Assembly: GCA_965116495.1 (NCBI GenBank)
Contig: OZ220696.1
Location: 1,760,001-1,824,000, forward strand
Length of the DNA: 64,000 nt
Source: Gammaproteobacteria bacterium
GTDB lineage: Bacteria > Pseudomonadota > Gammaproteobacteria > Eutrophobiales > Eutrophobiaceae
Reading direction: 5' to 3'
Below the pieces are notes generated by a model. It was not told the origin of the DNA. It worked only from the letters and a program-made list of their open reading frames with translations, and did no database searches. Every line of letters starts with the position of its first letter. The first letter of the stretch is position 1. Shown here in pieces: positions 46,484 through 56,229 of the stretch. Both the position numbers and the translations under genes were made by a program.

Positions 46484-46610
46484 CTGGATTCCGGCTTGCG
46501 CCGGAATGACGAGTGGCGGACCTGCGAGTGATGGACCTGCGAGTGGCGGACCTGCGAGTGGCCGTGCTGCGAGTGGCGGACCTGCGAGTAGCAGTGCTGC
46601 GAGTGGCGGC
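46484..46610. repeat. CGTC-ended palindrome followed by 15-bp tandem array (about 6.7 copies)
   Basis: CTGGATTCCGGC-TTGC-GCCGGAATGACG, then GAGTGGCGGACCTGC variants at 46511, 46526, 46541, 46556, 46571, 46586, 46601. Confidence 0.85.
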
Positions 46611-46654
46611 GCGATGGGTGGCGTAATGATGATCGGCCTGGACTTCAATATGGA

Positions 46655-47167
46655 TCAGCCAGCCAGTTGCTCCTGCAACGCCGCATCCTTTTCCAGGACC
46701 GTCCGGGTCATCTGTTTCCGTTCGGACGCAATGGTTTCGGCCAGGTGCGCGTCCTGCAAGGCTAGGATTTGCGCGGCCAGGTAGGCCGCGTTTTTTGCCC
46801 CTGCCTTACCGATGGCGACGGTGCCGACCGGGATCCCTCCCGGCATCTGTACGGTCGCCAGCAATGCATCAATGCCGCTTAACGGACCCGCGTCCAGGGG
46901 CACACCGATGACCGGTTTCGTTGTCGTTGCGGCCACGGCGCCGGCCAGGTGCGCCGCCAGGCCGGCGGCGGCGATAAATACTGCGCAGCCCCTGGCCTCT
47001 GCATCTTTTATGTAGGTGCGGGTTGCTTCAGGAGTACGGTGTGCGGAGGTAATTTTCACTTCCTTCGTTATGGAGAATTTATCCAGAACCTCCAGCGTGG
47101 AACGTATGACGGGCAGATCGGAATCCGATCCCATCAGAATAGCTACAAACGGTTTATTTTCACTCAT
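46655..47167 (-). CDS. purE: N5-CAIR mutase / AIR carboxylase
   Basis: [33 protein letters not shown]. Confidence 0.95.
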   Translation of the reverse strand: MSENKPFVAILMGSDSDLPVIRSTLEVLDKFSITKEVKITSAHRTPEATRTYIKDAEARGCAVFIAAAGLAAHLAGAVAATTTKPVIGVPLDAGPLSGIDALLATVQMPGGIPVGTVAIGKAGAKNAAYLAAQILALQDAHLAETIASERKQMTRTVLEKDAALQEQLAG

Positions 47168-47189
47168 TTTTCTTTCTCACCTCAGTATG

Positions 47190-47217
47190 TCGGGGACGGA
47201 TTTAAATCCGTCCCCGA
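47190..47217. repeat. GGGGAC-ended perfect 28-bp palindrome
   Basis: TCGGGGACGGATTTAAATCCGTCCCCGA between topA and purE. Confidence 0.8.
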
Positions 47218-47234
47218 ACGACTCACAGTAAGCG

Positions 47235-49682
47235 TTATCTCGATTTTCCCTTCTGGCGCCGGCGTCCGGCAGGGGCAGCGGCGATCAGGTCCCGACAGTC
47301 TTTCAGGGTAAGGTCGCCTGCTTCCCTGTCCTTGGGGATTTTCACGTTTTTCTTCCCATCGGTAATATACGGCCCAAAGCGCCCGTTCAGGATCGATATG
47401 CCCTCTTTTTCGAACACCTTGATGTATTTTTCGGCATCGGCCGCTTTCTTCTCCTGCACCAGGACCAGTGCCCGCGGCAAATCTATCGTGTAGGGATCAT
47501 CCTCTTCTTTCAGCGAGACAAACTTGTTGTCATAGCGCACATAAGGGCCATAGCGGCCGATATTGACGCTGATCTTCTCGCCGTCTTCAGTCATGCCCAG
47601 TTCCCTGGGCAGGCGAAACAGTTCCAGCGCCTGTTCCATACTGATGGTATCCATGCGCTGGTCGTTGCGCAGGCTGGCAAATTTCGGTTCCTCCGCATCA
47701 TCCTTTGTGCCGACTTGAACATACGGCCCGTAACGTCCCATCCGCACCGAAACAAGCCGGTCGGTAGCCGGCTCATTGCCCAGAACCCGCGGGCTCACCG
47801 CCTCACTGCGGCTTACCCCGCCTTCCTTGTCTTTAATCCGTGCCGAGAACGGTTCCCAGAACTCCTTCATCAGCGGACGCCATTCCTTCTCTCCCCTGGA
47901 TACGGCATCCAGTTCATCTTCCAGTTTTGCAGTAAAGTCGTAATCGACGTAACTGGTAAAGTGCTCAGTCAGGAATTTGTTTACGACCCGCCCTACGTCG
48001 GTGGGAACAAAACGTTTGCTGCTCATCTCCACGTAGTCACGGTTGCGCAACGTTGAAATGATGGCGGCATAGGTTGACGGCCGGCCGATACCGTACTCTT
48101 CCAGGGTCTTGACCAGGGTGGCCTCGGAAAAACGCGGGGGAGGTTCGGTAAAATGCTGCTCAGGCCGTATTTTCAACAACGTGGCCTCATCACCTGTCTG
48201 CATGGCGGGTAGCTTTCTGTCGGCGGGGTCACCCGTCTGCCCCTGTCTCTGGTCGTCTTTTCCTTCCGTGTAAAGCACCGTAAAACCTTTTTTAACTACG
48301 GTGGAGCCGTTGGCGCGCAATTGCGCAGCGCCGCCGCAAGCAAAATCAACTGCAACCGTGTCTATAACTGCATGGGCCATCTGGCTGGCCAGTGCCCGTT
48401 TCCAGATTAAATCATACAACCTGAATTGATCCTTGGATAACTTCGACCTGATCTGCTGCGGGGCGCGGGATACGGAAGTCGGACGGATCGCCTCGTGCGC
48501 CTCCTGGGCGTTTTTCGACCTGGTCTTAAAGCGACGGGGTTTATCAGGCAGATATTCAGCTCCATACTTGTTTCCTATGAAACTCCGCATCTCGTTGATT
48601 GCTTCTGCAGCCAGGCTGACCGAGTCAGTCCTCATATAAGTAATAAGGCCAACCGCGCCTTCGCCGGTATCTATACCCTCGTATAACTGCTGCGCGATGC
48701 GCATGGTCTGCTGTGCGGTGAGGCCCAGCTTCCTGACGGCCTCCATTTGCAGCGTCGAGGTGATAAACGGCGGCGCCGGTTGGCGCTTGCGCTGTTTGCG
48801 GTCGACCTTGCTTACGAGCAGTACGCCCTTGTTTCCGGCGCCGGCGTCGGACCGTTCCTCCCCGCGTACAACGCGACCTGCCTGGCCGGCGGCATTGCTT
48901 TCCAGCACCCGGGCGACCTGAAGCGCACGTTGTTCATCCGTGATGCTGAATTGCTCGACTTTCTCATCATCGTAGCGGACCAGCCGCGCCGTAAAATCCA
49001 TCCCCGAGCGCCTGAGATCGGCCTCGATAGTCCAGTATTCACGAGTCTTGAAGCGTTCTATCTCCTCTTCACGCTCGACGATCATCCTGAGCGCCGGGCT
49101 CTGAACCCGCCCGGCGGACAAGCCCGTGCGGATCTTCTTCCATAACAGCGGGGACAGGTTGAAACCGACCAGGTAGTCCAGGGCGCGCCGTGCCTGCTGG
49201 GCGTCGATCAGGTCCCGGGACAATTCGCCGGGACTGCTTAGCGCCTTCAACACCGCACCTTTCGTGACTTCATGGAATACCACGCGCTTCACCTCTTTTC
49301 GTTTTAGCGCGCCGCGGGCCTTGAGCAGTTCATACAGGTGCCAGGATATGGCTTCACCTTCTCTGTCCGGATCAGTAGCCAGGTAAAGAAAGTCACATTT
49401 CTTCAGCGCCCGGGCAATGGCATCCACTGAACGAGCATTTCTGTCAATGATTTCATAGTCCATAGCAAAATTGTTTTCCGGGTCAACCGCGCCGGATTTC
49501 GGCTTCAGGTCGCGCACGTGGCCATTGGACGCCATGACGGTATATGCTATGGGAGCAAGGTCCGTTTCCGCATATTGTATGGGAGCAAGGTCCGTTTCCG
49601 CACGTTGCCCGTCCACACGCAGGTAGCGATTCAGGGTTCTGGCTTTTGCAGGAGATTCAACTATAACAAGTGCCGCAGTCAT
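47235..49682 (-). CDS. topA: DNA topoisomerase I
   Basis: IVESPAK, GHVRDL, ATDPDREGE, SAGRVQS, ITYMRTDS, AHEAIRPT, GIGRPSTY; C-terminal GRYGPY repeats. Confidence 0.96.
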   Translation of the reverse strand: MTAALVIVESPAKARTLNRYLRVDGQRAETDLAPIQYAETDLAPIAYTVMASNGHVRDLKPKSGAVDPENNFAMDYEIIDRNARSVDAIARALKKCDFLYLATDPDREGEAISWHLYELLKARGALKRKEVKRVVFHEVTKGAVLKALSSPGELSRDLIDAQQARRALDYLVGFNLSPLLWKKIRTGLSAGRVQSPALRMIVEREEEIERFKTREYWTIEADLRRSGMDFTARLVRYDDEKVEQFSITDEQRALQVARVLESNAAGQAGRVVRGEERSDAGAGNKGVLLVSKVDRKQRKRQPAPPFITSTLQMEAVRKLGLTAQQTMRIAQQLYEGIDTGEGAVGLITYMRTDSVSLAAEAINEMRSFIGNKYGAEYLPDKPRRFKTRSKNAQEAHEAIRPTSVSRAPQQIRSKLSKDQFRLYDLIWKRALASQMAHAVIDTVAVDFACGGAAQLRANGSTVVKKGFTVLYTEGKDDQRQGQTGDPADRKLPAMQTGDEATLLKIRPEQHFTEPPPRFSEATLVKTLEEYGIGRPSTYAAIISTLRNRDYVEMSSKRFVPTDVGRVVNKFLTEHFTSYVDYDFTAKLEDELDAVSRGEKEWRPLMKEFWEPFSARIKDKEGGVSRSEAVSPRVLGNEPATDRLVSVRMGRYGPYVQVGTKDDAEEPKFASLRNDQRMDTISMEQALELFRLPRELGMTEDGEKISVNIGRYGPYVRYDNKFVSLKEEDDPYTIDLPRALVLVQEKKAADAEKYIKVFEKEGISILNGRFGPYITDGKKNVKIPKDREAGDLTLKDCRDLIAAAPAGRRRQKGKSR
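49543..49602. repeat. 30-bp in-frame tandem duplication inside topA
   Basis: TATGGGAGCAAGGTCCGTTTCCGCA at 49548 and 49578, encoding AETDLAPI(Q/A)Y twice. Confidence 0.9.
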
Positions 49683-49700
49683 AATTATTTTTCTGGTTTA

Positions 49701-50837
49701 TTATTTTTTACACTTACCGCGTATATACGAACCTGGCGCGACAGTCGTAATCAATCCGCCCAGTTCCAGAGTTAACAGTTTGCCCAATATGTCCCCCATT
49801 TCGAGTTCCGTCCTGTCAACGATATCATCCAGGCTCGTCGGTTCATATCCTATATTATCAAGCAGGACTTTTTCCTGTTCGTCAAGTCCGTTTATATTTT
49901 CGGGCTGCACAGCGGCCGCCGCGGGGGAAGTCCCGGTGGGGCGCCGGAACTGGCCGAGCGCGGCAAAAATATCTTCGACATGCTGCGCCAGTCCTGCGCC
50001 ATCTCGCAATAAACCATGACAACCCCGCTTGACGGGATTCCTGATGGAACCCGGCACGGCAAAAACCTCCCGGTTCTGTTCCAGGGCATGTCTTGCCGTG
50101 ATCAGCGAACCGCTGTTATGCGCCGCCTCCACGACCAGGACGCCGGCACTGAGGCCGCTGATGATCCGGTTGCGGCGCGGAAAGTTTCCGGCAAAAGGCC
50201 GCCAGGACAGCGGAAATTCAGACACCAGCGCCCCATCTTCACTGATTTTACCGGCCAGTCCGGTATTGGCCTTCGGGTAAATGCAATCCAGCCCGCTGCC
50301 TAACACCGCCACCGTCCTGCCCCGGTGCGCCAGTACGCCTCTGTGGGCTTCGGTATCTATCCCATGAGCCAGTCCGCTGGTCACGGTAATTCCCTGTTTT
50401 GCCAGTTCTGCGGCAAAATACCCGGCGTCCTTGCGGCCGTCAATGGTCGGTTTTCGACTCCCGACAACGGCAACCTGCAGATCGGACAGGACCTCCGGGT
50501 CGCCATGCACGAACAGACACAGCGGAGGCGCCGGTATCTGTTTCAACAAAGCCGGATAATGCGGGCTGTCCAGCGGGATCAGGTGATGACGCGGGCGTTC
50601 CAGATACTTGAGTTCACGATCAATCTCCTGCCAATCGGGTTTACGCAGGCATTCCAGTACTGTCGGCGCCAGGTGTGAATGATTTATGACCCCGGCCTCA
50701 GCTGCATCGATCACAGCGTCCGCAGTCCCGAAACTCTCCAGCAATTGAGGCAGGTTGTGCTCAGCCAGGGCACCTGCGTGCACCATGACCAGCCAGGAAC
50801 GCAGTTGGGAATTATAACAAGGCCCGTCCATGAGCAT
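49701..50837 (-). CDS. dprA: DNA-processing protein DprA
   Basis: AVVGSR, SGLAHGID, SEFP, FPRRNRIISGLS, SGSLITA, GCHGLLRDGA. Confidence 0.95.
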   Translation of the reverse strand: MLMDGPCYNSQLRSWLVMVHAGALAEHNLPQLLESFGTADAVIDAAEAGVINHSHLAPTVLECLRKPDWQEIDRELKYLERPRHHLIPLDSPHYPALLKQIPAPPLCLFVHGDPEVLSDLQVAVVGSRKPTIDGRKDAGYFAAELAKQGITVTSGLAHGIDTEAHRGVLAHRGRTVAVLGSGLDCIYPKANTGLAGKISEDGALVSEFPLSWRPFAGNFPRRNRIISGLSAGVLVVEAAHNSGSLITARHALEQNREVFAVPGSIRNPVKRGCHGLLRDGAGLAQHVEDIFAALGQFRRPTGTSPAAAAVQPENINGLDEQEKVLLDNIGYEPTSLDDIVDRTELEMGDILGKLLTLELGGLITTVAPGSYIRGKCKK

Positions 50838-50853
50838 AACAGTCCCTACTTTG

Positions 50854-51291
50854 TCAACCTGCGAAAGCCCTTACAACCGGTATCAACTCGAGGGCTACCA
50901 GCAAGCCAATCAATGCGAATAAAAAATTTAACCGGGTTTCCAAGCCATCAACCCTCGTATGAAGCGCCTTGACTTCTCCTTCCAATCTTTGGATATCCTC
51001 CTTGGTGGAAGTTTCCAACTTTCGGATATCCTCCTTGGTGGAAGTTTCCAACTTTCGGATATCCTCCTTGGTGGAAATTCCCAACTTTCGGATATCCTCC
51101 TTGGTGGAAGTTCCCAACTTTCGGATATCCTCCTTGGTGGAAGTTCCCAACTTTCGGATATCCTCCTTGGTGGCAAGTTGTTCACCCATTTCATCAGCCA
51201 GCGCCCGCGCCAAGGCATTGGCCTGCTCTGCCGCGAACCCCGAGGTCTGTAACCTCTCTGAAAAACGCAAAGTATCAATCACCGTGTTCAC
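50854..51291 (-). CDS. DUF1640/CCDC90-like coiled-coil membrane-anchored protein with 11-aa repeats
   Basis: IDTLRFSERLQTSGFAAEQANAL head, ATKED neck, repeats TKEDIRKL(G/E)(T/I)S, C-terminal TM; GGAGG RBS. Confidence 0.8.
   Translation of the reverse strand: MNTVIDTLRFSERLQTSGFAAEQANALARALADEMGEQLATKEDIRKLGTSTKEDIRKLGTSTKEDIRKLGISTKEDIRKLETSTKEDIRKLETSTKEDIQRLEGEVKALHTRVDGLETRLNFLFALIGLLVALELIPVVRAFAG
50981..51173. repeat. 33-bp coding tandem repeat (about 6 copies)
   Basis: GGATATCCTCCTTGGTGGAAGTTTCCAACTTTC units starting 50991, 51024, 51057, 51090, 51123, 51156. Confidence 0.95.
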
Positions 51292-51485
51292 TCGTTATCC
51301 TCCCTGATATAGCTGTTTCTGAACTAAGGAAAGGCCCGCAAAGACATCCCTTGCGGAATGTTGGAAGTGTAAGCCCGGGCGCTCCTCAGAGTCAAGCAAA
51401 GATCTGCATTGCATCCAGCGTTTTTTTTATGGATAATGGCCCAATATCTACGCCGTTGACGTGGCGGCAAATGAGCAAACATTCG

Positions 51486-51992
51486 ATGTCAAAGTTAACC
51501 GTATTACATTTTCCGGATCCACGATTACGCAAAAAGGCGCGGCCCGTTGCCGGCGTGGACGCGGGGATCAAACGGCTGTCACAGGATCTGCTGGAAACCA
51601 TGTACGCGGAAAACGGCATCGGCCTTGCCGCCACCCAGGTGAATGTGCAACAACGGGTCGTCGTCATGGACCTTTCGGCTGAGCGAGACACTCCCATGAC
51701 CCTGATCAACCCGGAAATCATGGAAACAACAGGCAACGAGGAGACGGAGGAAGGCTGTCTTTCGGTGCCTGGGTTTTCCGATGTTGTGCAGCGGGCTGAA
51801 AAAATTTCCTACCGTTACCTCAACCTGGACGGGGAGGTAATCGAAGATGAGGCCGACGGTTTGCGCGCAGTCTGTATCCAGCATGAAATCGATCATCTTG
51901 ACGGAAAGCTGTTCATCGATTACCTGTCACCGATTAAAAAACAGCGCCTCCGTAAGAAGATAGAGAAGCAGAACAAAATCCGCGCCTTGTGA
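51486..51992 (+). CDS. def: Peptide deformylase
   Basis: GIGLAATQ, EGCLSV, QHEIDHLDG. Confidence 0.96.
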   Translation: MSKLTVLHFPDPRLRKKARPVAGVDAGIKRLSQDLLETMYAENGIGLAATQVNVQQRVVVMDLSAERDTPMTLINPEIMETTGNEETEEGCLSVPGFSDVVQRAEKISYRYLNLDGEVIEDEADGLRAVCIQHEIDHLDGKLFIDYLSPIKKQRLRKKIEKQNKIRAL

Positions 51993-52915
51993 TCCTCTCC
52001 TTTGCCGGCACGCCCGATTTCGCCGCAGTCATTCTCAGGGCGCTGCTGGAAAACCCGCAGCACAAAACCAGGTACGTGTACACCCAACCGGACCGGCCGG
52101 CGGGACGCGGCAGGAAAACGCGCCCGGGAGCGGTCAAGCAGATCGCGCAGCAATTTGCCATCCAGGTCAGACAACCCGCAACCCCGGCAGAACTCGCGCA
52201 GGACGCCGGGTTAAGCGATATCGATGCGCTGGTTGTCGTCGCTTACGGCTTGATCCTGCCGGCTCAGGTCCTGGCGCAGCCTCGCTACGGTTGCATAAAT
52301 GTCCATGCATCCCTGCTTCCCAGGTGGCGCGGCGCAGCACCAGTTCAGCGGGCAGTTCAGGCGGGTGACGGGGAGACAGGAATTTCGATCATGGCCATGG
52401 ACAGCGGCATTGATACCGGAAAAATCCTGTTGCAGAAGTCCTGCCTAATCCATAGTACCGACACAGCTTCAACCCTGTCGGGGCGACTGGCATCACTGGG
52501 CAGTGAGTGCCTGCTGGAGGCCCTGGACAGACTCGCTGCCGGCTCCATCGACCTGGTAGAACAGGATGACGGGCCAGCAACCTATGCCGGCAAAGTGAGC
52601 AAGCGGGAGGCTGAAATTGACTGGAATGCGGGAGCGGAACAAATAGCGCGGAATATCCGTGCGTTCAATCCGGCGCCGGTTGCATTTACCTCTCTGAACA
52701 ATATGAAAATACGCGTCTGGGATGCCGCGGTACTGGACACCGGCGCAGCGGAGGGCAACCCCGGTGAAATCATCGCCTACAGCCCGGAAGGACTGGATAT
52801 CTCGACCGGAAACCGGGTTCTGCGCATTCTCTCGCTACAACTGGAGGGAAAGAAAAAACAAGGTATCAGGGAGATCTGCAACGGCTATCCCGGCCTGTTC
52901 GCACCGGGTAAATGA
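51989..52915 (+). CDS. fmt: Methionyl-tRNA formyltransferase
   Basis: FAGTPDFA, TQPDRPAGRG, INVHASLLPRWRGAAP. Confidence 0.96.
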   Translation: MILSFAGTPDFAAVILRALLENPQHKTRYVYTQPDRPAGRGRKTRPGAVKQIAQQFAIQVRQPATPAELAQDAGLSDIDALVVVAYGLILPAQVLAQPRYGCINVHASLLPRWRGAAPVQRAVQAGDGETGISIMAMDSGIDTGKILLQKSCLIHSTDTASTLSGRLASLGSECLLEALDRLAAGSIDLVEQDDGPATYAGKVSKREAEIDWNAGAEQIARNIRAFNPAPVAFTSLNNMKIRVWDAAVLDTGAAEGNPGEIIAYSPEGLDISTGNRVLRILSLQLEGKKKQGIREICNGYPGLFAPGK

Positions 52916-54213
52916 ACCTTCGGACGGTTGCGGCAAAGACCATCTGCCGGGTCGTCGATAACGGACTGACCCTTGATGCGGCACTGGCGGAGTGCCTGCC
53001 CGTTGTCGAGCGCCGGGATGACCGCGGGTTCGTCAAAGAGCTTTGCTTCGGTACGCTGCGCTGGTTCGATCAACTGGAGTTCATGCTTGGGCGCTTCCTG
53101 GACAAACCCCTGAAAGCGCGGGACAGCGATATCAGGGTGCTTATCCTGGTCGGCCTTTATCAACTGCACCACCTCGGTACCCCCGCCCATGCGGCGACCT
53201 CGGAAACCGTAAACGCTACATTGGAACTGGGCAAGGAATGGGCAAAGCCGCTGGTTAACGCGCTGCTGCGGCGTTCGCAACGGGACTACACACGGCTCAG
53301 GGCGGAACTTGACCGGCACCACAATGCGCGCTATTCCCATCCGGGCTGGCTGATTGACAGGCTCCGGTCGGACTGGCCCGACCTGTGGGAAGCCGTACTG
53401 GATGCCAATAACCAACGGCCGCCGCAACATTTGCGGGTTAACGTGTTACGCACCTCCAGGGAAAACTACCTGGAAGAACTGCAGCGGGGCGGGATCCGTG
53501 CACAACCTTTTGACTTGACGTCCAGCGCCATTCAGGTGACGGACCCGGTTGACGTCAACCTGATGCCCGGTTTCGATAACGGTGACGTATCGGTGCAGGA
53601 TGCCGGCGCCCAGTTGGCGGCTACGTTGCTGGACCCGCAACCGGGGGACAGGATCCTGGACGCGTGCGCCGCGCCCGGCGGAAAAACCGCCCATATCTGT
53701 GAAATACAGCCGCAGATTGGTGAGATTGCGGCCCTGGACATAGACGCAACACGCATCGTCCGGCTGAAAGGCACCCTGGCCCGGTTGAAGCTGGAAGCCA
53801 CCGTGATCGAGGCAGACGCCGTCGGGAACGAGGCCTGGTGGGACGGGCGCCCGTTTGACCGTATCCTGCTGGATGCGCCATGCAGCGCCACCGGGGTCAT
53901 CCGCCGCCATCCCGATATTAAACGGCTGAAATCCCCGGAGCAGATCCCTGCCCTGCAAACCAGCCAGGCAGAACTGCTCGCGGCCCTGTGGCCGTTGCTG
54001 AAACCGGGCGGCAGGCTGCTCTATTCAACCTGTTCCCTGTTGCATGATGAGAACGACCGGGTAATCGAAACATTCATGGAAAACCATCCCCCGGCAGAGC
54101 TTGAAAACATCCGTGTGGAATGGGGATGCGCTACCGGATACGGCCGGCAACTGTTGCCCTGCCTTGACGATACAGACGGGTTCTACTATGCGGTGTTGAC
54201 CAGGGTGGCTTGA
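52912..54213 (+). CDS. rsmB: 16S rRNA m5C967 methyltransferase
   Basis: NusB-like N-terminus; DACAAPGGKT, LLDAPCS, YSTCS, DGFYYA. Confidence 0.95.
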   Translation: MNLRTVAAKTICRVVDNGLTLDAALAECLPVVERRDDRGFVKELCFGTLRWFDQLEFMLGRFLDKPLKARDSDIRVLILVGLYQLHHLGTPAHAATSETVNATLELGKEWAKPLVNALLRRSQRDYTRLRAELDRHHNARYSHPGWLIDRLRSDWPDLWEAVLDANNQRPPQHLRVNVLRTSRENYLEELQRGGIRAQPFDLTSSAIQVTDPVDVNLMPGFDNGDVSVQDAGAQLAATLLDPQPGDRILDACAAPGGKTAHICEIQPQIGEIAALDIDATRIVRLKGTLARLKLEATVIEADAVGNEAWWDGRPFDRILLDAPCSATGVIRRHPDIKRLKSPEQIPALQTSQAELLAALWPLLKPGGRLLYSTCSLLHDENDRVIETFMENHPPAELENIRVEWGCATGYGRQLLPCLDDTDGFYYAVLTRVA

Positions 54214-54277
54214 CGGCTATCCCTTACAATGTCTAAATAGAATAAACTTCAAGCCGCCACTTCCACGACCAGACCCC

Positions 54278-55060
54278 ATGATTTCAACAGATTCGAAAGA
54301 TTTCATCGGCTCAATCGCACGCTGCATGAAAGTTGTCACGGCGTTTGATGCGGAAGATGTTGAAATGTCGCCGGCGGACGTGGCCGCAAAAACCGGCCTG
54401 ACGCGGGCGACAGCCAGAAGAATACTGCTGACCCTGACTGCCCTGGGGTATGTGGCCAGTGACGGCAAGTGGTTCCGGTTGTCGCCAAAAATGCTCGATC
54501 TGGGGTTTGCTTACCTGGCTTCCATGCAGATTGGCGAGGTGATCCAGCCGATTATCAATGCCGCCAGCAAGAAGGTTGGAGAAACGTGCGCGATCTCGGT
54601 ACTGGAGGGTGAGGATATTGTCAGTATAGCCCACAGCTCGTTCGATCGTTTCGACCGGGTGACGTTCTATCCCGGGACACACATGCCGGCCTGTACTTCG
54701 GCCGCCGGGAGGGTGTTGCTGGCGCACCAGAATAGGGAAAAACTCGATGCGTACCTGAGCAATGTCAGGCTTAAGCGCCACACACCGAACACGATTACCA
54801 GCAGAACGGATTTAATCGATGAACTGGAACAGGCCAAGCGTCGGGGATATGCCCGCGTTGACGGAGAACTCGAAGTCGGTCTGTACACGGTCGCAGCGCC
54901 GATTGTAACTGATGAAAAGGTTCCCATAGCCGCCGTCACTTTCGGCGGTAACGTCGCTCGCATCAATGATGGGAACATCGAAACGAAATACCTGCCTGAA
55001 TTATTCAAAGTTGCGGCACGATTAAGTCGACTGTTGCCGAACAGGCATTCGATTATTTGA
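54278..55060 (+). CDS. IclR-family regulator (PcaR/PobR-like)
   Basis: TGLTRATARRILLTL...GY, TSAAGRVLLA, GELEVGL. Confidence 0.9.
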   Translation: MISTDSKDFIGSIARCMKVVTAFDAEDVEMSPADVAAKTGLTRATARRILLTLTALGYVASDGKWFRLSPKMLDLGFAYLASMQIGEVIQPIINAASKKVGETCAISVLEGEDIVSIAHSSFDRFDRVTFYPGTHMPACTSAAGRVLLAHQNREKLDAYLSNVRLKRHTPNTITSRTDLIDELEQAKRRGYARVDGELEVGLYTVAAPIVTDEKVPIAAVTFGGNVARINDGNIETKYLPELFKVAARLSRLLPNRHSII

Positions 55061-55074
55061 TTTTCGGGTGACTA

Positions 55075-56229
55075 ATGCAGGCTGACAAATTATTCCTGGC
55101 AGTAACTACCGCCAAGTTTATCAGTGTCCTCGGTCTCCTGTTGATGCCGGTGCAGATCGGGGCCATGATCGACGGTCTGGGCCTCGGTGAAGCAGCAATC
55201 GGTTTTCTGGCGACACTGGAATTTTCCGCGCTGGGGGCTGGTCTCATATTCGTTGCCATAAACCCCTTGAAAACGTCGGCGCTGAGGTACGCGCTGATTG
55301 GCGCTGCTTTGATTGTAACAGGCCAGGTAGCCTCCGCGCTGGTTACCGGGTATGGCGTTCTGACGGCATTGCGTTGTCTCGTCGGTTTTGGCGCGGGTCT
55401 CGCCAATGCGGCGGCAACGGTGACTATAGCGGCGAGTTTCAGGGCGCCCGAGCGTACCGCCGGCTACGCGTTCGGACTGGTTTACCTGGTAGGCGGCGCG
55501 CTCTACCTGGCCTCACCGTATATGACCGGGTACGGGTACCACAAAGGTGTTTTCCTGAGCCTGGCCGTCGTCGTTCTGGTGTGCATACCGTTACTTTTTG
55601 CCTTGCCGGATACACCGCTGAAGAAGACAAAAAGGGCCGTAGCCGGACCGGACGCCATATTAAGCGTAACCGCTTTTTTGCTGTTTACCGCCGAGGTATT
55701 CCTGATGATCGGCATGGGCGCGGCCTGGGCCTTTGGCGAGCGTATGGGACTGGCCGTTAACCTGACACCGCATGAGATAGGGTTTTATTTTGCCTGCACC
55801 ATGATTGCGTCCATTGCCGGCTCGCTGTTTGCAGGCTGGCTGGGCACGCGCTACGGCAGGACGCTGCCTTTCGTCGTCTGTACGATACTGGTCGCCATCT
55901 GTTGCTATTTTATGGCTAACCCCGGTATCGCCCTGGTCTATGTGCTCTGCCTGCTGAGTTTTCAGGTGTTCCAGGCGTTGTTCATACCTTTTCTGATCGG
56001 GACGGGCGCGGCCCTGGAGAGCAGCGGGCGGCTGTCCGCTGCCGTGGTGGCGGTAGAGATATTCAGCTTCGGCGTCGGAGGGGTTGCCGGCGGTGCGGTA
56101 GTTGAGGCCTTCGGCCTGGCGGCAATAGGCTGGCTGGCGGCCCTGGGCGCTGTCGTCGCAATCCCGCTGCTCATTATGGTTTGCCTGCCCCTGGACCGGC
56201 AATGGCGGTTTAACCTGCGTGCGTGCTGA
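55075..56229 (+). CDS. MFS transporter
   Basis: About 12 hydrophobic segments; GWLGTRYGR loop motif. Confidence 0.82.
   Translation: MQADKLFLAVTTAKFISVLGLLLMPVQIGAMIDGLGLGEAAIGFLATLEFSALGAGLIFVAINPLKTSALRYALIGAALIVTGQVASALVTGYGVLTALRCLVGFGAGLANAAATVTIAASFRAPERTAGYAFGLVYLVGGALYLASPYMTGYGYHKGVFLSLAVVVLVCIPLLFALPDTPLKKTKRAVAGPDAILSVTAFLLFTAEVFLMIGMGAAWAFGERMGLAVNLTPHEIGFYFACTMIASIAGSLFAGWLGTRYGRTLPFVVCTILVAICCYFMANPGIALVYVLCLLSFQVFQALFIPFLIGTGAALESSGRLSAAVVAVEIFSFGVGGVAGGAVVEAFGLAAIGWLAALGAVVAIPLLIMVCLPLDRQWRFNLRAC

Noticed and set aside
50981-51173. 33-bp repeats as a CRISPR array
   Set aside because: The units are contiguous with no unique spacers and lie in frame in a coiled-coil ORF.
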